Shown here in pieces: positions 55,644-64,000 of a stretch of DNA of 64,000 nt (the first letter of the stretch is position 1; the number at the start of each line of letters is the position of its first letter). The notes under the pieces are model-generated. The model was not told where the DNA came from. It worked only from the letters and a program-made list of their open reading frames with translations, and did no database searches. A program made the translations under genes and the position numbers. The stretch comes from Candidatus Nitrospinota bacterium M3_3B_026 (lineage in GTDB: Bacteria > Nitrospinota_A > UBA7883 > JBPRGF01), in the NCBI GenBank assembly GCA_051418015.1, contig JBPRGF010000019.1:1-64000 (forward strand), in the 5' to 3' direction.

Positions 55644-57499
55644 ATGTTGTCACAAAAGCGTTCGGGGATTTTCACTTCGTCCGGCGCTGGTACGCCGACG
55701 CTGAAGGCGCCCGCCGCCGTCCTGGGAGCGGCGTTTGCCCTTGCCTTTTTCTCAGCCTCCTCCTTCGCGTATTCCCTCGATGCCGAACGGCTGGCAGGCA
55801 GGCTCGCGAGGCTGGTCATCCCCTTCGAAAGCCACGTGGCGAAAGTCCGCCAGGGCGAGGCGTACATAACGATCCCCGCCGGGGCGAGGTTTCTCGAGGG
55901 CGCGCTCGTCCGGATCGTCGGCCCGGAGGGCGGCGCCGTGGCCTACGGCAGGGCGCGCAGGGTGGAGGAGAAATACGCCGTCGTCACGATCACGGCGGCG
56001 AAGGAGCCCATCGTCCCCGGAGAAGCCAGGGCGAGGGGGCTCACGCCGCCGGTCCGCATCCTGTGGCTTGCGGAGAGGACGGAGGAGGGCGCGGAAGCGG
56101 AGGCGCTCGTCAGGCTCGAGGAGGCCGCGCGCGGCCGGGGGGTGTTCGACCTGCCGCCCTCGGACGTGGGCGTTTTTTTCCTCGAAAAATATCCCGGCGC
56201 CGCCCTCGGCGAGATCCCGCGGAAAGATATCGAAAACCTGGCCGAGTCCGTCAGGGCCAGCCTTGTAGCCTTTGTCCGGGCCGAGAAGTCCAAAGACGCC
56301 GTTTCCCTGCGAGTGACCATTCTCGCCCCCGGCGGCGAACGGCTGGCCGTGGTGGAGGACGAATGGAGGCTTGAAAAGACCGCCGCCGCGAGAAAAGAGG
56401 AGGCCGCCGGGGCCGAGGAGTCCGTCCCGGGCGGCGAGGGCGCGCAAAAAGCATCCGGCGGCTTTTTGCGGGGAGAGTGGAAAGGCGGCGCGGCCAGACC
56501 CTCCGGCCCTCCCGTTGCGTTGATGAGCGTGAGGGACAAGCTGCGCTGGAAAAAATACACCGTGAGCGGCGCGGCGCTTTCCGCGGCCCTTTTCCGGCCC
56601 GCTCCCGGCGCGGCGGCGTTTCTGGCCGTGGCGTTCGAAAACAGGATCAGGGTCTATTCCATGGACGGCGACGACCTCAGGCCCGTCTGGGAGAGCGCGG
56701 CGGACGGAGGGCTCGAGATCATAAGCGCCGCCGTCCATGACGCCGACGGATCGGAAGGTCAGGAGATATTCGTCAACGCCCACCGGGGGGCGTCGCTGGA
56801 GTCGTTCATCGTTCAGTTGACGGAGACGGGTTTCGAGGTTACGGCGTCGGGCGTCCCGTACTATTTTTCCGCCTCCTCCGACGGCTCCCTGCTGGCCCAG
56901 AGGGGCTCGGACGACCCCCGGATCGTGAGAAACGAGGTCTACACCGTCAGCAGCTCGAACGGCAGGCTGGAGTTTATACCCGCTTTCGCGCTGAGGGGAA
57001 GCGACACACCCATAGGCCTGAACAGGCTGGACGTGGACGGCGACGGGACGCTGGAGATCGTCGGCATGTCCCCCCGTGGCAGGCTCCTGATATTCACCCA
57101 GTCCGGCGTTCTCGCCTGGAGAGGCTCAGGGTTCGGGCTGACCGGGAGGATCATCCAGCTGGTCATCGGCAAGGGACGGACGATGCCGGTTCCAGTCCCT
57201 CCGGCGCCGTTGCTGCTGGAGTCCGTCGCGGGCCCCGTCCTGGCCGTCGGCGGCGCGGAGTATCGGGAGGGGGGTGTTTTCGGTGGCGCGAAGCTTGAAA
57301 AGGGCGCGGTGAAGTTCATCTCGGTTAAAGAGGACGAGTACGTTATCCAGGACGTCATTCTCTCCGCCGAAGGGTGGATAAGCGACTTCGTGGAAGCCCC
57401 GGAGGGCGAACGGGACGCCATAGGCTTCATCCGCGCGCGGCCGGGGCTTGTCTCCGGCGAGTCGGAGATTTTCGTCCCCGTTATGGAGAAGCCGTCCCC

Positions 57500-57503
<4 letters not shown>
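55644..57503 (+). CDS. Exported FG-GAP/VCBS-repeat protein, probable paralogue of the upstream gene
   Basis: Signal peptide (ASSFA); [24 protein letters not shown] repeats. Confidence 0.75.
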
Positions 57504-59467
<1,964 letters not shown>

Positions 59468-59554
59468 AAGGCGCAGCTCCCAGCTTGATCCCAGGTTGAA
59501 ACAGCTTCCCTAAATCTTATATCCAATCGGCCGCCGAGTGAAGCGCCATCGGTG

Positions 59555-60328
59555 TTAAAAATCCATAGGGACTCGGCGGCGGACCTCCTCCAGGCGTCTT
59601 TTTTCAATCTCCGCCGCGACGATCCCTTCCCCCTCCTCCCGCAGACCCAGTACCCCCCCCCAGGGGTCGATGATGGCCGTGCTCCCAAAAACCCTTCGCC
59701 CGGCCTCCCCGCCCGTCAGCGCCGGGGCGATCAGGTAGCATTGGGTCTCGATGGCCCTGGCGCGGATGAGCGGGAGCCAGTGGTCCATGCCGGTCTCGTA
59801 GGTAAACGCCGACGGGGCGGCGATAACCTCCGCCCCCATCCGCCTGAGCTTTTGGAAATGCTCGGGGAAACGAAGGTCGAAACAGGCGCCAAACCCCAGC
59901 GTCCAGTCCTCCACCTTCGCGACGGCCGCCTCCCGGCCCGGCTCGAGCCAGTCGCTCTCCCGATACTCCCGGCCCGGGACGGAGGCGTTGAAAAGATGTA
60001 TCTTCCGGTACCTGCCCGCCTCTTCGCCATCGGGGCCGAAAAGGACGGAGACATTGGCCGCCTTGCCGGCCGCCGCCGGGAGGAGGACTCCTCCCGCGAG
60101 AAGGTATATCCCGTTCTCCCGCGCCAGGGCGCTCATCGCCCCCAGCGCCTCTCCGCCCCTGGCCGCCGCCTCGGCCCATGTGTTTTCCGGGCCATAGTAG
60201 GAGAAATACTCCGGCAGGGCCGCCAGCCGCGCGCCGCCAGCCGCCGCTTCCCGCGCCAGCGAGAAGGCCGAGTCCAGCGCGGCGTCCATACTGCCGCTTG
60301 CGTTCATCTGGATGGCGGCGATTTTCAT
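59555..60328 (-). CDS. Carbon-nitrogen hydrolase (Nit1-like)
   Basis: LPEY, YRKIHLF, CFDLRFPE, RARAIETQCY. Confidence 0.93.
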   Translation of the reverse strand: MKIAAIQMNASGSMDAALDSAFSLAREAAAGGARLAALPEYFSYYGPENTWAEAAARGGEALGAMSALARENGIYLLAGGVLLPAAAGKAANVSVLFGPDGEEAGRYRKIHLFNASVPGREYRESDWLEPGREAAVAKVEDWTLGFGACFDLRFPEHFQKLRRMGAEVIAAPSAFTYETGMDHWLPLIRARAIETQCYLIAPALTGGEAGRRVFGSTAIIDPWGGVLGLREEGEGIVAAEIEKRRLEEVRRRVPMDF

Positions 60329-60383
60329 GAGGATGTCCTCGCCGAAGGATTCATGGATCGCCGCTGCGCGCGGCGCGGTCTTT

Positions 60384-62054
60384 CTATATCTTGAACTTTT
60401 TCACCAGGTTGTCGAGCTCCATGGCCACGATGTTCAGGTCGTTGGCCGCCCGGGCGGTCTCCTCGGCGCCCGTGGCGGTCTCGTGCCCTATCTGGTCCAT
60501 GGACGACACGCTGTCCGATATCGACTTGATCGAGACTGACTGCTGCTCCACGGAGGCGGCTATCTGGTTTATCTGGTCGTTCACGGCCTCCACGGACTCC
60601 ACGATCTTCCGGAGAGCCTCGCCCGCCTTGTCGCTCATCTCCACTCCCTTGACGACCTCCGCCGCGCCGGTTTTCATGGATTCCACGACAGCCGCCGCCT
60701 CGCTCTGGATGGCCTCTATCATCTGGGCGACCTCCTTCGTGGCCCTGGTGGTGCGCTCGGCCAGTTTTCTGATCTCGTCCGCCACGACGGAAAACCCAAG
60801 CCCCTGCTCTCCGGCCCGGGCGGCCTCTATGGAGGCGTTCAGGGCCAGCAGGTTCGTCTGGTCGGCGATGTAGTCGATCACGTTTATTATCTCGCCTATC
60901 CGCCGGGAGCTTTCGCTCAATGCCCCTATGTTATCAACGGAGTGTTTCACTGTCTCGTCGATAAGCCTCATCTCGCCAATGGATTTTCGCACCTCGTCCA
61001 TACCGCTGTTGGCGTCCTCCATGACGTTCCTTGACATTGCGGCGGACCTGTCGGCGTTGGCGGCTATGTTCTCCACGGTGGAGGTTATCTCCTTCATCAC
61101 GTAGGCGTTGTTGTTTATCTGCTCGCTTTGCGACTTCACCCCCCGGGCTATCTGCTCCGATGATATGGTCGTCTCCGCCGACGCCCCGGCGACGGTCTCC
61201 GAAAGCTCCGCCACGCGGGATATCATCCGGCGGATGCGGTCTATGAACAGGTTGAAGGCGCGGGCCAGGTCGGCCAGTTCGTCGTTTCCGTGGACCGTGA
61301 GCCGCCTCGTGAGGTCGCCCTCGCCCTCGACTATGTCATGCATCCGCTCCGTGGTCTCCACGATGGGCTTGACGATCAGTTTCTTCAAGGCAAGGTACAG
61401 CAGGACGATTATCAGCAGGACTATGACGGCGTTGAACGCGACGAAGCTCCTCTTGAAAGAGGCGATGGCGCTTTCGGCCGGCCTCAGGTCAAGCTCGAGG
61501 CTCAGCGCTCCCAGGACGTCCCCGGCCTTGACCTCGTGGCAGTCCATGCACCTGGTCCCGTGATAGTTTTCCCTGGCGATGAAGGGCACGACCGCCCGCA
61601 GGTACCTGGCGCCCCCCTCCTCCTCCTCCACCACCTCCATGCGCGGCCGCCTGGTCTTTATGACTTCCTTGTCTATCTCGTCCGCGGGACGGTCATGATC
61701 CCCCAGGGCGGGAAACTGCTTTTCGTTGAGCGGCGAGCGGAAAAGCCGCGCCTCGCGCACCTGATCCCAACTGTTCAGCTTCTTTATGAAAATGTCGCGC
61801 CGTTCCCTTACCTCCCCGGTGAGCATCATGGTGTTGAGCGCGTCCAGGACAAGGTCCGCCGTGTTCAGGGCGAAGCGGCGGGAACTCTCCTCGGCCAGCG
61901 ACCTCATCTCGCTTTGTATCCACGGGATCTGGACGAAGAAGTAGAGCAGTACCAGCGCCCCGACCAGGGGGAGCATGAACTTGCCGGATATGGTCGAAAA
62001 GAAAGGTCGAGCCACAACAGCCCCTTGCAAGTCGAGAAAACAAGGCCGCCTCAC
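60384..62054 (-). CDS. Methyl-accepting chemotaxis protein with periplasmic c-type haem motif
   Basis: TM, sensor domain with [48 protein letters not shown]; start uncertain. Confidence 0.93.
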   Translation of the reverse strand: MRRPCFLDLQGAVVARPFFSTISGKFMLPLVGALVLLYFFVQIPWIQSEMRSLAEESSRRFALNTADLVLDALNTMMLTGEVRERRDIFIKKLNSWDQVREARLFRSPLNEKQFPALGDHDRPADEIDKEVIKTRRPRMEVVEEEEGGARYLRAVVPFIARENYHGTRCMDCHEVKAGDVLGALSLELDLRPAESAIASFKRSFVAFNAVIVLLIIVLLYLALKKLIVKPIVETTERMHDIVEGEGDLTRRLTVHGNDELADLARAFNLFIDRIRRMISRVAELSETVAGASAETTISSEQIARGVKSQSEQINNNAYVMKEITSTVENIAANADRSAAMSRNVMEDANSGMDEVRKSIGEMRLIDETVKHSVDNIGALSESSRRIGEIINVIDYIADQTNLLALNASIEAARAGEQGLGFSVVADEIRKLAERTTRATKEVAQMIEAIQSEAAAVVESMKTGAAEVVKGVEMSDKAGEALRKIVESVEAVNDQINQIAASVEQQSVSIKSISDSVSSMDQIGHETATGAEETARAANDLNIVAMELDNLVKKFKI

Positions 62055-62287
62055 CCCCTGCGAGCCGGCCCGGGATTTTAAACCACGCCACGGAATGAAT
62101 GTATTTTATATTATGCCAAACAGGCGGAAACGGTCAACAGTCCGGGCGCTCAAAAGTATCCAGATGACCCGGACAGCGAAAGGATTCAGCCGAACGCGAG
62201 ACGGGCCGGGGACTTTTGCCCGCAAAAAAAGTGGCCGGCCGTTTGCGGCCGACCACATAAGGGAAAGGACGTGAATCGCCAACAGAA

Positions 62288-63073
62288 TCAATTGTTCGTC
62301 GAGTCGTCGTTGGAGTCGTTATCCGAATCGTTGTCCGAGTCGCCGTTGGAATCGTTGTCGGAATCACCATCGGAGCCGCTGTCCGAATCGTTGTCCGAAT
62401 CATCGCCGGAATCGTTGTCCGAATCGTCGCCGTCATCGTCCGCGCCGTTGTCCGAGTCGCTGGAGGAGTCGCCGTCCGCGTCGTCATCGACTCCGTCGTT
62501 GTCGTCGTCCACGTCGATCTCGTCCTCGAGCCCGTCGTTGTCGTCGTCGTAATCGTCCAGGTCGTTCTCACCGTCGTCGTCGGTGTCCACTTGCTCCAGG
62601 GGGTTGTGCTGCGGCGTGGCGGCGGCCTGGGCCGTAGACGCCGCGCCGGCGGGCACGGTCACCAGGCCGAGGTCGATGGGCGCGGCCGCGCTGGAAGCGG
62701 GCGCCGGTATCGTCGTCGTCGTGGACGTTCCCGAACGGTTGGATGGGAAAGTCACGTCCGCCACCGGCTGGTTCGCGGTGTCCACCACGCTGATCTTGTA
62801 GCTGTCGCCCGCGGGGACCTCCACCTCGAAGGCGGCCGTGGGGCCGGTCAGGGCCTGAGGGGAGCTGTAGCCGTCGTAGACGGCGGCCTGGTAGACGGCG
62901 CCGTCGCGGCGCCTGGTGGCGGCCACGCCGGAGACGCTCGAAAGGTCGCCGGTCAGCGCTCCGCTGATGGTCCGCGTGCTCGCCGAATCGCTCCCTCCGC
63001 CCGAGCTCGACCCGCACGCGGCCAGCGTGAGCGCCAGCAGGAGAGCCACTGCGTTCGTGGCTATGGTTCTCAT
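62288..63073 (-). CDS. Lipoprotein with Asp-rich (thrombospondin type 3-like / DSDN) C-terminus
   Basis: Lipobox LAA-C; DTDDDGENDLDD.DDDNDG repeats followed by a D/S/N/G tract. Confidence 0.85.
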   Translation of the reverse strand: MRTIATNAVALLLALTLAACGSSSGGGSDSASTRTISGALTGDLSSVSGVAATRRRDGAVYQAAVYDGYSSPQALTGPTAAFEVEVPAGDSYKISVVDTANQPVADVTFPSNRSGTSTTTTIPAPASSAAAPIDLGLVTVPAGAASTAQAAATPQHNPLEQVDTDDDGENDLDDYDDDNDGLEDEIDVDDDNDGVDDDADGDSSSDSDNGADDDGDDSDNDSGDDSDNDSDSGSDGDSDNDSNGDSDNDSDNDSNDDSTNN

Positions 63074-63413
63074 CGTCCTATCCTCCTTAAAATACGCGAA
63101 ATTTTGGAAAAATCTTTTCCCATCAACTCATTTTATTCGCAATAACCGTTCCAAGAAAAATCTATTCAAGTTACTATTTACATAACAATATGTTATTGAA
63201 CAGGGCGAGAAGCTTGGGGGGCGTGGAGCCTGTCCTTTTTCAGGACGGATGTCATCCGCCGGGACAGCCCGTATATTATAGTGCACACATCCGTGGCGTG
63301 GCAGGCTCTCACAGCGGGCCGAGCGGCCGCGCCGCTATTGACTTTGCGGCGTTTTAGCCCCATAACTATAGCGAAGAAGAGGGATTACGTCGTTACCCCC
63401 GGAGGCTTTCCAA

Positions 63414-64000
63414 ATGGCGGCGCGTCTTTTTATCAGAAGTGTTCTCGTGGTTTTCTCTTGCGCGGCGCCGCTCCTTGCCGCATCCGCGTCCAACGCCGCC
63501 CCCATAACAGCCCGCGCCGTCCACGTGGAGGGGGAGGCCAGCTACGTGGCCGCCAGGGACGCCGAAACCTACAAGGTGGAGATCAATACCCCTTTCGCCG
63601 AGGGAGACCGCGTCATAACCGGCGCGGACGGGAAGCTGGAGATAGAGTTCGACACTGGCGACCTTCTGCTCATGGACAGCGGGGCGGAGCTTGTGATCCG
63701 CGCCCTGGAACGCGATGAAAAAGGGACCGCCTCGGCGGTGTTCGATCTTGCCGCGGGCCGGGTCAAGTCCCTCGTCACGGGCCTTGCGGGCAAAGGCTCC
63801 CGGTTCGAGATACACACCAGGGCGGCCATATCCGGCGTGGCGGGGACGGAGTTCTACGTCGAGACGGAAGAGGATGCCACCAGCGTATACAACACCAGCG
63901 AGCCCGGCGGGGGCGACGTATTCGTCCAGGGGCGCGACGCGGCGGGTACGCGGGTTATCCTGACGCCTGGGACGGGCACGACCGTGGCGCTCGGCCTTGC
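63414..64000 (+). CDS. FecR-domain exported protein (partial, runs off the window)
   Basis: Translated by hand from ATG 63414: signal peptide, EGDRVITGADGKLEIEF, FEIHTRAAISGVAGTEF; no stop before the window end. Confidence 0.85.
   Translation, partial: MAARLFIRSVLVVFSCAAPLLAASASNAAPITARAVHVEGEASYVAARDAETYKVEINTPFAEGDRVITGADGKLEIEFDTGDLLLMDSGAELVIRALERDEKGTASAVFDLAAGRVKSLVTGLAGKGSRFEIHTRAAISGVAGTEFYVETEEDATSVYNTSEPGGGDVFVQGRDAAGTRVILTPGTGTTVALGL

Overview
Bacterial genomic window with two parts. Positions 1 to ~24.7 kb look like an accessory, integrative island. It carries a complete type I-F CRISPR-Cas locus on the minus strand (22 repeats visible, array runs off the left edge; cas6f, cas7f, cas5f, cas8f, cas2-3, cas1) headed by a WYL-domain regulator gene that is bracketed by two copies of a palindromic operator-like site. 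It also holds a small lipoprotein, an internally deleted IS21 remnant, an XRE-led hyfBCEFGI-like membrane complex whose large subunit lacks NiFe ligands (Ehr type), and a dense block of toxin-antitoxin genes. The island ends at the isolated 5' half of a tRNA-Arg(TCT) gene next to integrase arm-like repeats. Positions ~24.8-64 kb look like GC-rich core chromosome: mobA/moaE/mobB, a bactofilin-TPR fusion, pdxA, rsmA, flgE, fliC, an HD-GYP response regulator, ppx, MTAP plus amidohydrolase, pgi, dsrE2-tusA, the flgFGAHIJNKL-csrA-fliW cluster, a DASS transporter, a porin, two FG-GAP proteins, acs, a nitrilase, a haem-c chemoreceptor, an Asp-rich lipoprotein and a partial FecR-domain gene. All calls come from reading the sequence and motif recognition; no database searches were run.
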